The position numbers and the translations under genes are program-made. Under the pieces are notes generated by a model. That model had not been told where the DNA came from and did no database searches. It was given only the letters and a program-made list of their open reading frames with translations. Shown here piece after piece: positions 1-12,362 of a stretch of 64,000 bases of DNA. Origin of the DNA: Octopus sinensis (lineage: Eukaryota); NCBI RefSeq assembly GCF_006345805.1, contig NC_042999.1:77872001-77936000 (forward strand). Direction: 5' to 3'. How positions within the stretch are numbered: the stretch's first letter is position 1; every line of letters begins with the position of its first letter.

Positions 1-170
1 AATAAAAATTATTTTAAACTAAAATAAAATAAAATACTCTCCATAAACTAATTTTTATATTAACTGGATTAACGAAAATAGAGATATGTTATTAATTAAT
101 ACTAATTTGAATTCATTGGTTTCAATGATTTTCTATATTCTTAATATATTTTTATTTTATTTTACTTTAG

Positions 171-239
171 AGCTCTCAGCATCTTTTCGAGGCCGTCCCT
201 TAAATGGTAAAATTTTGACACCTCCTCCTGGATATGAAA
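171..239 (+). CDS. RNASEH2C: Ribonuclease H2 subunit C, internal exon (upstream exons lie outside the window)
   Basis: Acceptor ttttactttag|, donor |GTGAGT at 240. Encodes (x)LSASFRGRPLNGKILTPPPGYE, matching the RNase H2C FRGRxLxG...PxGY motif. Phase 1 joins in frame to the exon at 5976. Confidence 0.9.
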
Positions 240-319
240 GTGAGTTGAGAAAATTTCAGTACATCCATTTTCTTTCTCTTGCTTTGAGTAAAAAGAAATG
301 ATATTATGTACTATGCTGT

Positions 320-699
320 CTACTCTTTACTCTTTTACTTGTTTCAGTCATTTGACTGTGGCCATGCTGGAGCACTGCCTTTAGTCAAGCAAATCGACCC
401 CAGGACTTATTCTTTGTAAGCCTAGTACTTATTCTATCAGTCTCTTTTGCCAAACCACTAAGTTACGGGGATGTAAACACATCAGCATTGGTTGTCAAGC
501 GATATTAGGGAGACAAACACAGACACACAAACATATACAACGGGCTTCTTTCAGTTTCTGTCTACCAAATCCACTCACAAGGCTTTGGTCGGCCTGAGGC
601 TATAGCAGAAGACACTTGCTCAAGGTGGCACGCTGTGGGACTGAACCTGGAACCATGTGGTTGGTAAGCAAGCTACTTACCACACAGCCACTCCTACGA
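320..699 (-). mobile_element. tRNA-derived CORE-type SINE, family A (octopus OR-like)
   Basis: Minus-strand head ggagtggctgtgtggtaagtagcttgcttacc..., central cttgagcaagtgtcttct, tail ...gactgaaacaagtaaaagag. Closely similar to copies at 24.5, 32.7 and 33.1 kb. Confidence 0.9.
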
Positions 700-1285
700 C
701 TATGTGACTTAGGTATGGCATTTAACCTATTTAACCTTCTCTCCTATTCACTGTACCTTATTGTCCATTTAATGAGGGATGATATTGAAGCCATATCTAT
801 TCATTCCCCATCGCTGTCATCCTCTACTTCTTTCACTCATCATGATGCCTATGTATAAAGGATTTCATTGTATCTGTACCCAATACACTCTACCATCATT
901 CTCTCTTCCCAGGCTTCATCATCTCTAACATTGCCTATCTTTATTAATAGGCATTGCTCTTTCTACCACTCTCTCACTCCACTTCTAACCTTGTTCATTT
1001 AATCTACATAACATGATTTTTCTTGTCATTGTTCTCTCAGATATTCACTTTCTGGGTCATGTTGCTTTGAGCTAATGAATCCACCAGTAAGTAGTGAGGA
1101 CTCTCTAGTCTTACATTGCAGAAGGCAACATCACTAATGCTGGTGCTGCTATGAAATACATCCAATACACACTATACAGTGGATGTGGAATGAACAGAGA
1201 CAACATAAGGTTGAGAAAACTCTTTAGTGTTAAGAACAGGGTGACCTCTTAGTGCTTCAGCCATAATGAAATGCACACAGTATAC

Positions 1286-3595
1286 CAGGGGTTCCCAACC
1301 TTTTTTTTGCTGTGGACCACCAAAATAAGTAATTTTTTCCTGTGGACCACCTCAAATTTTAAATTTATTATAAAAGAACTGCTCCTCATAAATATTAGTA
1401 TCATTTTCACTTTGCAATGAAAGTTCTTTTTTCATTCTTGAAAGGAACATCACAGAGAACAAATAACAAAACCAATTAGCAAATTCTCAAGAAAGCTTTA
1501 TTTGATAGATAGAATCGAATAGAAAAGGTTACTGAGTCATGGAAAACACCCCCTTCTATTCAGAAAGAAAAGCTGTACAATTAAAATATAACAATGTGAA
1601 GGGTAAATTCAAAAAATCTGAGGTGTGAAAGTTGGGATCAGTACAAAAGGTCATGTAAATGCTTGAGGAAATATAACAAATTAACTTAAAAACGTCAGTG
1701 ACAAGTCGTCAGGAAAAACGTCAAGAAACCTTCAGTGAGACTCTTGAGCTTGCTTTTTATTCACAAGCTGAGAAATCCTTGGCTCAAGTGAATTCTCAAA
1801 TCAGCATTGTTATCAAGGTTCAAATGCCTCCACTACTTTGTGAACAAGTGGAGGAAAATCCCTTCTCAGCCAAGTAGGATGTCGGGAGATTTATAATAAA
1901 AGGCTCGACTTGTTCAGACAGCTTTGGATATTCGTGAGAATGATTCAACCAAGCCTCAACCCAGTTGTTTTCAGATGATTTGTGCTGATTATCATCTACC
2001 GTCGTCTCACATAGCTCCATCTGAACGCATTCTGGTTGAACAAGTATATCATTCATAGACATTGTGTGAAGAGAGTCCACAAAAATTGGGATATTTAAAG
2101 CAAAAAAATCTTCAAAACAAATTTTGAAGTTTTCATGAAGGAAAGATAGGTGCCTGATTATATATTTGTGCAAGTCGTTATCTACCACAACGATTTTTAA
2201 GTTTGCGAACTGCAGAAAGTTATGATCTTCAATTTGAAGTTTCCAAGGAACGAGTTTATTCACAAACGTTCTTATAAGTGTCTGGCTTGTACAATGTTGA
2301 TGTTTTGCTTTTGTAAAGAAATATTGAGATCATTAAGTTTTTGAAAGATTTCATGTAAATAAAAAATTACAGGTTTTTTCTGAGAAAGTGATGCTGTCAT
2401 AGTTGGATCAGTCTGTTGAAAAAACTCTATGACTTTATCAAAAAGTGCCACAAAACGTCTGAGACAACTTCCCATTGATAGCCAGTGTATATCTATCGAA
2501 TACAACAGACGGTTGAATGTTTCATCTTTACAAGCTTCTTGAAAATGCCTGTCTTAACCCTTTCGTTACCAACCCGGCTGAATCTGGCTCTGAGTACAAA
2601 TGTCTTGTTTTCATTAGTTTTGAATTAAAATCTTCCACCAAACCTTAGTCACACTTTATGTTCCTAATACCAGCTTAATGATAACGAAGTTATTTTACTT
2701 AATTCTTTGTTATATCTAAAATAATTGAGAGAAACACAGAGCATCCCAAAATAAATACAGTAACAAAAGGGTTAATGAGCAGATCTTTTAATTTTTTTTA
2801 TTGCAGAAGTAATTAAGTCTAGAGTTTCAGAAAATATATTATTTCTGGTTCTTTTTACTATCAGGTTTTCTCAATGGAGAATGCAATGAATTGTGAAGAC
2901 GGGACTAAATTCTATCCATCTGGCAACAAAACCCTGGGATTTGCCAATCATAGATGGTGCTCCATCAGTGCATATTAATATGAGGTTGAGGGAATCAATG
3001 CCATTTTTAGTAAGACAGTCCATGACTGCATTGTAGATCATCTCTCCTGTGTTTTTCAGTACGATCTTCATAAAGAGTAGGTTTTCACAAACTGCAGTAG
3101 CTTTCACATAGCAAGCAAAGGCAAGGACAACACATTTGTAGTCAAAAGTGCTGTCATCCACCATCACTGAGAATCTGCAGATTACAATTAGACTAAAATT
3201 TGCATAAAGATGTACGTACCTGGAGAGATAATACGATATGTTGGGTAAGCTGTAAGAACTGCGGTTTCATGAGTAATCCTCAATTCAAAATTCAGGTAGA
3301 AAACATGATCGCATTGACCGGCCAAGAACACACAATTTTTTGTGTTTTTAATGTGCGCAAACATGGATCTGATTGTACGCGTCCGTGTATGATTGAATAG
3401 CTAATTGTCCAATGGGCAATGAGTGAACTTGTATGTGTGCATGCATATGTGATGAAGCATATTTCATTTGTGCTCCATGTGCGTGTACAGAAAAATTTTA
3501 ATTCTTCAGGTGGACCATCTGAATTTTCCTGTAGACCACCCGGATTTTCCTATGGACCACCTAGTGGTCCACATGGATCAGGTTGGGAACCCCTG
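1286..3595 (-). mobile_element. hAT (Charlie/Buster-like) DNA transposon, internally deleted, decayed transposase
   Basis: TIRs CAGGGGTTCCCAACC / GGTTGGGAACCCCTG; 8-bp TSD cagtatac / cagtacac. Minus-strand fragments VDDST, ICTDGAPSMIG, HCILH, WLSMG, PTSYLAEKGFS. Confidence 0.92.
2558..2771. mobile_element. piggyBac-like MITE nested in the hAT transposase
   Basis: TTAA TSDs at 2554-2557 and 2772-2775; TIRs CCCTTTCGTTAC / GTAACAAAAGGG. Confidence 0.88.
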
Positions 3596-3829
3596 CAGTA
3601 CACTATAAAGTGGTTGGTTTTTGAAGGGCATACAGTTGTCTTGAAGCGTAGTAACTATTGGCTCCAGTTCTGCTATGATAGTTTGTTGGCTAATTTCACT
3701 TTTGTCCACTGCTCTCTCTTCTTTCTATCATCAATGCTATCATGTCCACAATGCAATTTTTATGTAAATGATATAACGTTCCATTCTTTACTAATCTTCC
3801 CCAACCATACATCATTCACACATCAAATC

Positions 3830-5340
3830 TGCACTGATTCCATGAATAGATATCTTGAAAGCATCTTCCAGTAAGAATATCTTGTTTCATTTAATGGCAA
3901 GAAAGCATAAATGCTGCTGATATCTAAAAGAAATCATTGCACCACATGCTCTTAAACATGAGAAGCATGCAGGCCTTGCAAAAGTACATCTTTAGCATTA
4001 TAAGGACCACATCCCAATAACGCCTTCTTTTCAAGATCAGAAGTACTCCAGCCCCCGAGAATTATGGTAAGGTCAACAATGGAAAATTGCTCCATATCTG
4101 GGATGGTGCTGCTATTCCACGCATACATAGCATAGGCCACATCCAGGAAAGAGCCACACAAGTGATTGGCATAAATTCACTCATAAACATGCTTTAGCCT
4201 CTGATCCATTCTGAATCAGCTCTTATTCACTTAGATGGGTTGGAGGACTGCACATTGCTCATATGTTTCATTTTTGCTTAGTTTCTATGGCTGGATTCTG
4301 TTCTTAAAACCAGTTGCTTTTTTTGTACTACATTCATTTTATCATGGGCACCATTACTAAGAAAAACTGTCATGTCTTCAGCAAAAATGAATGATTTGCC
4401 ATCTACCAGTTTACATAGTATACTACCAACAATAGTGGAGTTGCCATGTACCCTGAAGATTTGAGCCCTTGCTGCTCTGTAAAATGTTTGTTCATTTAGG
4501 GTTACTTGACTGAGGAGATGAATAGAAGTGACAGGTGTGACAAAAGAATGAGGATGAGTGGGAGAGAAACGAAAGAGTGATGGTAGAAATGAATGGGTTG
4601 ATAGATTGGTGTAAGTTATAAGAAAGTGATGAATACAAGAGCAGTGGATTATGGATTTCAATACCAGGTGATCTAAGAGGAGAGTATAGAAGAAGTAATG
4701 GTAGATATTCCTTGGGGTGAGCAAGAAAGTTAGGTAACCAGCATGAGAGGGCAGGATTGATTGAATTCATCTACGAAGCAATTGCCCCAGCTCCCCTTCA
4801 GGGTTGGCGAAAACGATGTGGTGGACAATGAAAAACCTGGCTGATGACAGCTAAGGCTATTCTGGAACCCAACCTAGGCCCTCATGTCTACGGCATTCAC
4901 CGCTGGAATGAGTGGTTGGAGATCATGTGGTCGTTAGCCTCAAATCGCCAGGCCTGGTTGGCATTTGTGAGAGATGCAGCATTGTCTATTTTCTCTAGTC
5001 TATTTTCTAGTCTAGTTCAAAGCATCTTGATTGCAAGTCATGTTTGTATATCTGGTGTTTCTTCTCTATATCTCCTATAGATTCAACTGTAAGAAAGAGA
5101 TTATTAGCAAACTCCTTTTTGGTGGGTTCAAAGGACTATAATAAACAGGAAGGGGCTGAAGAAGAGTCCCCTCCTGCTTATAGTCCACTATACTCACTGC
5201 CAACTCTTACCTTGTTGACTGCCTCTGTATATGGTTTGAACAGCCCTTACAAGCCATTCATCTATTCCTAATTTTCTTAGCAGCAACTTTTCTGTTACAG
5301 ACTATTGGACTCTGCCAGTCAATAAATGCTTTGTATCGTA
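3830..5340. mobile_element. Highly decayed CR1/L2-like LINE relics on both strands
   Basis: Minus-strand FIFAEDM (YADD-like) and YAMYAWN-type remnants; plus-strand LESIFQ and LLDS-type RT C-terminal remnants. Boundaries approximate. Confidence 0.35.
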
Positions 5341-5399
5341 GCTTATTCCTAACCAAGAATTTCTCCTGCAGTTATCTCACTAGAAAGGGCTAGTACATC

Positions 5400-5875
5400 T
5401 TCCAGGCACCTAACCAAATTGCATTTCATCTAGTGTACCTCTCTTCTTGATTATTTGTGCGAAAACATTTTCAGTAAATTTCATAATCTGGTCTATCAAC
5501 TTATTGTCTCTGTACTTTTTCCTCTCTATAGTAGTTTACGATATTGTTACAACACCTTCCTGTGCTGCACAATTGGCTAAGCACTTGTTTACCATGTGAC
5601 GTACCTTCTCCGATATTTTCAACATCTCAGTGACTGCACCTGGTGGTCCAGTTGCCTTTTTTTACCTTTGTAGCATTAATCACTCTATCTACTATACTGC
5701 TATCAACTTGGGTGACCAACCCTTCTTTTTCTACTTAGAGCATTTCATCTCTACTCCATGCATTCTCAACATTCAATAATCTTTCTTATTAACATTTTCA
5801 TGCTTCTTTTTTGCACATTGGTAAGGGGACTTCACCCAATGAGATCACAATTTTAGCACACATTCTTGCAATCCA
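5400..5875 (-). mobile_element. Decayed RTE LINE ORF2 fragment
   Basis: Minus-strand remnants resembling the RTE pre-RT region (LLNVENAW-like, YRG); many stops. Confidence 0.45.
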
Positions 5876-5975
5876 AAACACCTTACACACATTGTAGAAC
5901 AGCTGAATGGTTGAAGCCAGTAAAAGAATGTGTATGTACACATATGCTTATTTATTTTCCGAAATCCACTTTCAG

Positions 5976-6139
5976 GTATGATTGTAAAAGAGAAAAAAGT
6001 ACCACTGTCTGAAGAAGAAGATAGACAATTTTCTATTGTTGCCAGAGTTCCTCAGTTTACGTATTGGAATCTTGATAAACCTATTACAGAAGAAGACAAA
6101 CTTGCTAAGGCTTTAGTTTTTACAGAAATAGCTCGTGAG
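5976..6139 (+). CDS. RNASEH2C: Ribonuclease H2 subunit C, internal exon
   Basis: Acceptor ccactttcag|, donor GAG|GTAAAA. Encodes (S)MIVKEKKVPLSEEEDRQFSIVARVPQFTYWNLDKPITEEDKLAKALVFTEIARE; FTYWNLD..D....AL is typical of the RNase H2C C-terminal half. Confidence 0.92.
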
Positions 6140-6892
6140 GTAAAATTTTTGTTTTTGTTATTGTTATTGAGCAAAAAGCTATGCAGTATGTAGTTGCAGT
6201 TCTTTACATTCTAAATTTAAATCCCACTTAGGTTGATTTTCACCTTTTTTTTTTAACTTCCAAACAGGAAAAAAATGAGTACTAGTCAAGTACTAGCATT
6301 AATATAATTGATTCTTAAAGTGCTCTACAGCAGACATCCACTCCTGTTGCCAAATCCTGAGTTGTATGAAACCATACTTTAAATAGTTCCCACTTTTGAA
6401 CCTAAAACAGTAACACTAAGTTCTCTTTTGTGCAAGAAATATGGTTTAGCCTCATTTTAGAAAGAACTTGACCTCTCAAAGACTTCCTGTTTGCACTGGG
6501 TGCTTTCTTTTTACGTGCCACCAGCACAGAGCCAGTCAAGGGGTACTGGTGTCGATCATGTTTGGATGGTACTTTTTAAAGTTCCACCGGCATAAGAGCC
6601 AGTCAGTGTGTACTGGCATTGACCATGATTGGTTGGTGCTTTTTACGTGCCATCAGCATGGGACCCAGCCAGGCGGACTTGGCATTGACCACATATATAT
6701 GAGAGTGAGAGAGCAACAGGAGCAGTATTAATACCAAAATGTAAAATATTCACCACTTAAAAGTGGATGTTGTATTAAAACTCACAATACTGTAATAATT
6801 ACCAAGAGAGAAACTCTCATTTTGGTTTTACAGTGCATAAAAGCATGTCATTGTTATCGCCACCAATTCCACTCCCAGGACTACTATATTGT

Positions 6893-7220
6893 GTGATTTC
6901 AGTCATTGGACTGGAGCACAGCCTTAAAAGGTCTAGTCAAATAAATCAATCCCAGTACTCATTTTTTAAGTCAGGAGATGTAGACAGACCAACACTTGTT
7001 GTCAAGCAGTAGGAAAACAAAGATAAAGACACGCGCACACACATACACTCACACAAACATAACAGACTTTCTTACAGTTGCAATTGATCAAATTCACTCA
7101 CAAAGCATTGGTCAGCCTGAAACTATATAGTTGAAGAAATTTGCCCAAGGTGAAATGCAGAACCCAAGATCATGGAGTTGCAAAAACGAGTTTCTCATCT
7201 ACACAGCTATGTCTGTGCCT
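6893..7220 (-). mobile_element. Diverged SINE family A copy
   Basis: Contains aattcactcacaaagcattggtcagcctga and ttgcccaaggtg in the family A order. Confidence 0.7.
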
Positions 7221-7308
7221 TTGTCCAGAAACGGTCACCAGCATAAACAATATACTATATTTTCTGATATATTCTATCCATGAATATGATTAAATTTCAA
7301 AACTTAAA

Positions 7309-7727
7309 TCATCATCATTTAGTGTCTGCTTTCCATGCTAGCATGGGTTAGATGGTTTGATTGAAACTGGTAAGCTGGAGAGCTGCACCAAGTTCCAGTC
7401 TGATTTGGCATGGTTTTTACGGCTGGATGCCCTTCCTAATGCCAACCAATCTAAGAGTGTAATGGGTGCTTTTTCTGTGTTACTAGCATGGGTGCCAGTT
7501 ACATGACACTGGCATCAGCCACCACTACAATTTCACTTGGCTTGATGAGTCTTCTCAAGCATGGCCCATCACCAAATGTCTTGATCACCTGTCATCACCT
7601 CAGCAAGGCCCAGCATTTGAAGATCATGCTTCACCACCACATCCCATGTCTTCCTGGGTCTGCATCTTCCACAGGCTCCCTCCACAGTCAGAAGTCGACA
7701 CTTCTTAAAACAGCTGTCCTCATCTTA
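7309..7727 (-). mobile_element. RTE LINE 3' end fragment
   Basis: (CAT)n start, ctttccatgctagcatgggtt tail, and the ORF2 C-terminal segment shared with the 17117-18645 copy. Confidence 0.8.
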
Positions 7728-8188
7728 AACAAGGTTTACGAAAATTTTCAGAGGTGTAGTTGAGAGGGTTCATCATTTTGGTTGTTGCTAATGTCTTCAG
7801 GATGAGGACCCTGAGTCTGTTAATCCACAATTATTTTAGAAACATCAATTCATGTACTGAAGGGCATCTTTACAAATGAAAGGGTAGCTTGGTTACATGT
7901 CCAACTCCTTTTTACCCTTATTTGCACCCACTAAACTTGTTGAGTCTATAATCTTATCAAAATCTTCAAATTCAGTAAAAGCCGACACTTTGGATTTGAA
8001 GAATTTTCAGTATTTTCGACAGCTGCAGCAAGCCTCTTTCAAACAAGCTGTCGTATAGTCATCATATATTGATCTAAAAAAAATTCTTTTAATTAATAGA
8101 AGTTTGAATTACCTGCAAATGCATTTTCTGTTTTTTCCCCCTTATTTAACTATTTAAATATTGAACAAATTCTTCTGTGTATTTCCAG

Positions 8189-8257
8189 CTCCATCAACGA
8201 GAAGAGGTGGAGGAAGATGATGAATGTAAAAATGATGGCAGTAGTAGTAAAGATTGA
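8189..8257 (+). CDS. RNASEH2C: Ribonuclease H2 subunit C, terminal coding exon
   Basis: Acceptor ttcttctgtgtatttccag|, phase 0. Encodes LHQREEVEEDDECKNDGSSSKD*, supplying the conserved (I/L)H after IARE. TGA at 8255-8257. Confidence 0.8.
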   Translation, partial: LHQREEVEEDDECKNDGSSSKD

Positions 8258-8583
8258 TAGTTTGCAGTTTAAAAAGCAAGATAAAGAACAATGCAGTTTA
8301 ACATCAATTGCAGCACTGCAACTAAATTTGACTCTAAAATGATTGCTCATTGTCTTCTGTGTACATAGAAAAAACCCCAGTTTTTATATCTTTGTTTATT
8401 AATGTATTGTGTATGTGTCTGTCTGTATATTTATATATAATGTAAGGGTGCACCTTTTGATGCAAGTCTGATGAAGTGCCACTCCAATGTAATTAACTGC
8501 ACATTTTGCATAACGTTTCAAATGAAATTATTTATGTGCAATGATGTTAGAAATGAAGTGGTACCAAAACAATTGTAACTAAT

Positions 8584-8589
8584 AATAAA
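8584..8589 (+). terminator. Probable polyadenylation signal of RNASEH2C
   Basis: AATAAA ~330 nt after the stop codon, followed by T-rich sequence. Confidence 0.55.
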
Positions 8590-8939
8590 GAAGTGCTAAA
8601 TCCATTCATTTTCTTTGGATTTTATATATATATATCAATGCATGTGTTTCTTTTCAACCTTCTACATACATCTATGTATGTGTGTGTGTGTGTGTATACA
8701 TATATGTATATATATATGAGAAATTATTATAAGCACAATTTGTATAAATTGTTCTCTGTGTACATTTGTTGTGGTTGTTTGGAACCTCTGCATTGGATGT
8801 TCCAAGTCCAATTGGATGCTTAACCACAGCAAATCATTGGGGCTCACTTTATTACACTGTTACAGAGATCAAACGTCTAAAGTTGGACAGATGATAAAAC
8901 TTTTTATGTGTTCAGAAAAAAGTCGACAGAGAGCAAATG

Positions 8940-9810
8940 GTGTAGGGAAAGAGGAAAAGAGATGGGATTATAATTCAACAAAAATGGAGAAAAGTATGAC
9001 GGATATATCCTTGACATCCTAAATAAAGCTTATCCCAGCACAAATACCAATAAGATATTCAACACACCCATAAAACTATCCTACTCAATTACACCAAATT
9101 TAGCACATAACAGTTGAAACCACTATAGCTTAGATCAAAGAGACAAACGATCCCCCTCAAAAGAAAAAAAATAGAAGAATTCGGTTGTAAGCAATATTTA
9201 GTAATCAACATTATGCATAAAAGTGCCATTTCTACTACAGGTGTAGCTAATTTAACATCTTGATGCACCCAGCGTACTGAATATTACACATAACCTCATT
9301 GAAACTAAACCAAACATAACTACACTTTACAAAGAGGGGACTAATGCTAATAAAACTCATTGTTACTATTGCTACTAATACTACTAGTGATAATGGTGGT
9401 GGTTGTGATAGTAGTTTCAACAATAAAAATAACTCCATCACATAGCAGCCAGGACAAACACAACTGAAACTTCTAAGATCCCAGAGTTGCCCTCTGAATG
9501 AAGATTTTAAAAAAACAATGCAATTTGCATAAAAATTATAACACAAGGCATGCAGCAACAACACTCTTGGAATACATACATGACATAAACTTAAAAAGTA
9601 TTGAATATAAATTACAGTGGTCTATGCTCTGTACAGTAGATCTCTATGAAGGGGAGAGCAATAACTGCCATTTATGCTTAAATAAGGCACTGCAAATCCT
9701 TATGGTTGGAGGTAGCATCATTAATAATACAAAAGAGACAATCATCAACTGTTTACATAAAAACCACCAGACACTCAAATCCTATAAGGAAAAAAATATG
9801 GACAATGCAA
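8940..9810 (+). mobile_element. Penelope-like element (GIY-YIG endonuclease region), decayed
   Basis: LDILNKAYPS..KIFN..IKLSYS.TPNL, then TTLLEYIHDINLKSIEYKLQWSML....Y.G.S..CHLCL..AL.I, the characteristic PLE linker and GIY-YIG C-terminus. Confidence 0.75.
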
Positions 9811-9911
9811 ATAACAACCTGTGTGTATGTATATATATACTCTTTGTCATCTAACTATTCTTGATATCTGTATCTGTGCTTGTGAGATATATATATATAT
9901 ATATATATATA

Positions 9912-11050
9912 TTGGGTTATCCCATAAATAATGCAGTTTTTTATATTCCTTTTATTTTTCAAAATTAAGATATAGTTCTTTTTTAATCTAAAATATACTC
10001 TCCTTCATTTTCTACAATGCTCTTCAATCTCTCTGGTAGACTTGCAAGGCCTCTCTTCCAAAATTCCATGATGAAAAATACTCCTCTAGTACTGTTCTGA
10101 CTTTGTCTACAGAGAATTCATATTTTTTCTGTCCAAATTATTTTGAAGACTGGAATAAATGGTAATCAGATGGGGTAATGTCTGGTGAATATGGTGGGTG
10201 AGGCATCATTTTCCATTCAAATTCCTCCAGCCTTTCGAATGTCATCCTTGCTGTATGTGGTCAAGCATTATCCTGATGGAAGAACACCTTTTGTCTTGAA
10301 ACCAAAGATGGTTTTTCTTCCAGTGCTGACTTAAGCTGTTCACAGTAGAACTCCTTTATTAGCATTTGGTTTGGATTTAAAAGTTCAAAGTAGACTAAAC
10401 CTTTCATATCACGCCAAACAGATAACACCTTAAATTGGTGAAGACCTTAAGCCTGGGATGCCAGTGTTTCTTCTTTCCCTACCCACTGTCTTCAGTGCTT
10501 GACATTTTTATTGAGAACCCATTTCTCGTCACTATTCAGTCTAAAAAAGCTTCATTCATGAGCCGTGACAGCAAAGAAGAGCACACATTCACTCTCTGCT
10601 CACAATTAGACGCAGCAAGTTTGTGAGGAACCCATTGACCCAATTTGCTGACAAGTGTTGATGAATGACCTACTCCAAGCTTCCCTGCTAGTTACAATGA
10701 GATTTTGTCCCACCAGAGTTTGCATGACATCCTTGTTGAGCTCTACTGATCTAGGTTGTAGTTTCCTGCTCGGAATTTCTAAAACCAGTATTGACATTAA
10801 GCATATTGTCTAATCCCCATATGCTGCCTTTACTAAACTCATAGAGCAAAATATGCTCCTTTGTCACTTTCATTATAGCTTTGAAAAAATAACTGTTAAA
10901 ATCAAAATGCACTCTTCAAGACTTGCACTAAGAATAAGTACAAGGAAAAACTACTACATGCTTTTATAGCAAGTTGATGCAGGTAGTTTATCCCCTCTGA
11001 CTTTTAGTTCATGCAATTGAAAAAACTGCATTATTTATGGGATGACCCAA
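9912..11050 (-). mobile_element. mariner DNA transposon, decayed
   Basis: TIRs TTGGGTTATCCCATAAATAATGCAGTTTTT / AAAAACTGCATTATTTATGGGATGACCCAA inside a TA run. Minus-strand FHQDNA*PH and PHPPYSPDITPSDYHLF. Confidence 0.92.
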
Positions 11051-12059
11051 TATATATATGGATCAAACCAGTGGAAATTTCAAAGCATCACACTTTGAAA
11101 CTTTAAGTACCAAGGAATTTGAATCAGTGTTTTGATCCATACATGTGACTCCCAATAGATATGTTGAGTGCCCTTCTTTTGTTTGTCCACTCACTCGTGT
11201 GTATGTGTATATATATATATATATATATACATTTATATGTGTGGTATATATCTACATATATAAAATTCAGTATATACGTCACTAAAGTGACTGGGGGTGC
11301 TCTTCAGCACCAGTATTGTTAGAAATAAGAGTGAAAACAACTCATAGCCATGATAACGCATTGTCTTATTTACTGACTAGGGAGATAAGCTCCCTAGGAA
11401 CTGGGCATAGCCAGATCACCAGTGATTTCACATATTAACACTCATCGATGGCTGTCACTGGCACCTTGGATTAAACTCAACTTGCCTTGTCAGCTTATAA
11501 GATCACTGTAGAAATATATATTTTTGCCTTTTGGTTGAAAAATTGCTAACAAGGCACCTTTATTATTTTTATATATATATAAATGATAGTGATGCAGGTG
11601 ATCAGTGATACATATGATTAGGAAAGGTAGGTAAGAGTATATGATTGACAATAGCAGCAGAATAGTAATAATGGGAGAGAGAGAATTTGATAGGTTGCAA
11701 GAGTGGAGGTGTGAGAAGCAAGTATGGTGCATAAGAAGAGAGAGATCTGGTGGCACAGAAGAATGATCAATGTAAAATGTGGGACAGTGTTAAGAATGAA
11801 GGATGAATATCATGTGAAATGGTTCTGGGTAATGAGAAAGATAAGTAGTATCAAGAAAGAGCTGCTGAAATATGTAGTTCTCACATTTAATCACCACAAC
11901 AGAATATTGCAGGCAGATGATGGAAGAGTCAATAACAGAGATGAGTGGTGAGGAAAGGTTGAGGAGGAAAATAGGATAGAGGCCCAGTTGTGCATATACT
12001 ACATTGTGCTTCCAGAATTTCAGTTGACAAGATGGGCAAGTCTTCTTTAGTATTACATG

Positions 12060-12362
12060 TTATTAGTCATCCTGATCCTTGGTTATCTTGATGAGGTTCA
12101 AGGGTCTGAGATCAGCTTTTACCACTTTGGCCCATGTCTTCTTGAGTCTCCCTCTTGCATAAGTTTCATCTACGTTAAGTGATTAACATTTCTGTATAAA
12201 GCTGTCCTCATCCATCTGCATCACAAGTCTATACCAGTAGAGTCTTGTTTCTTGTATACTAGATCTGATACCTCTTATGTCTGATTTTTCTCTTAACACA
12301 TTTGCACTTTGTCCTTCATGCACATCCAACATAGCACGCTAGCTTAATTTAATTTCTTTCCA
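12060..12362 (-). mobile_element. Decayed RTE LINE 3' ORF fragment
   Basis: Similar to the RTE C-terminal coding region at 17.6-17.95 kb (gctgtcctcatcc, ataccag, cacatcca). Confidence 0.55.

Noticed and set aside
86-301. 71-aa ORF (and 5930-6193) as stand-alone genes
   Set aside because: Only the splice-bounded cores are RNASEH2C exons; the ends translate intron sequence.
8468-8505. CTGATGA-a-GTGC...GCAC in the RNASEH2C 3'UTR as a hammerhead
   Set aside because: No GAAA or stem III follows.
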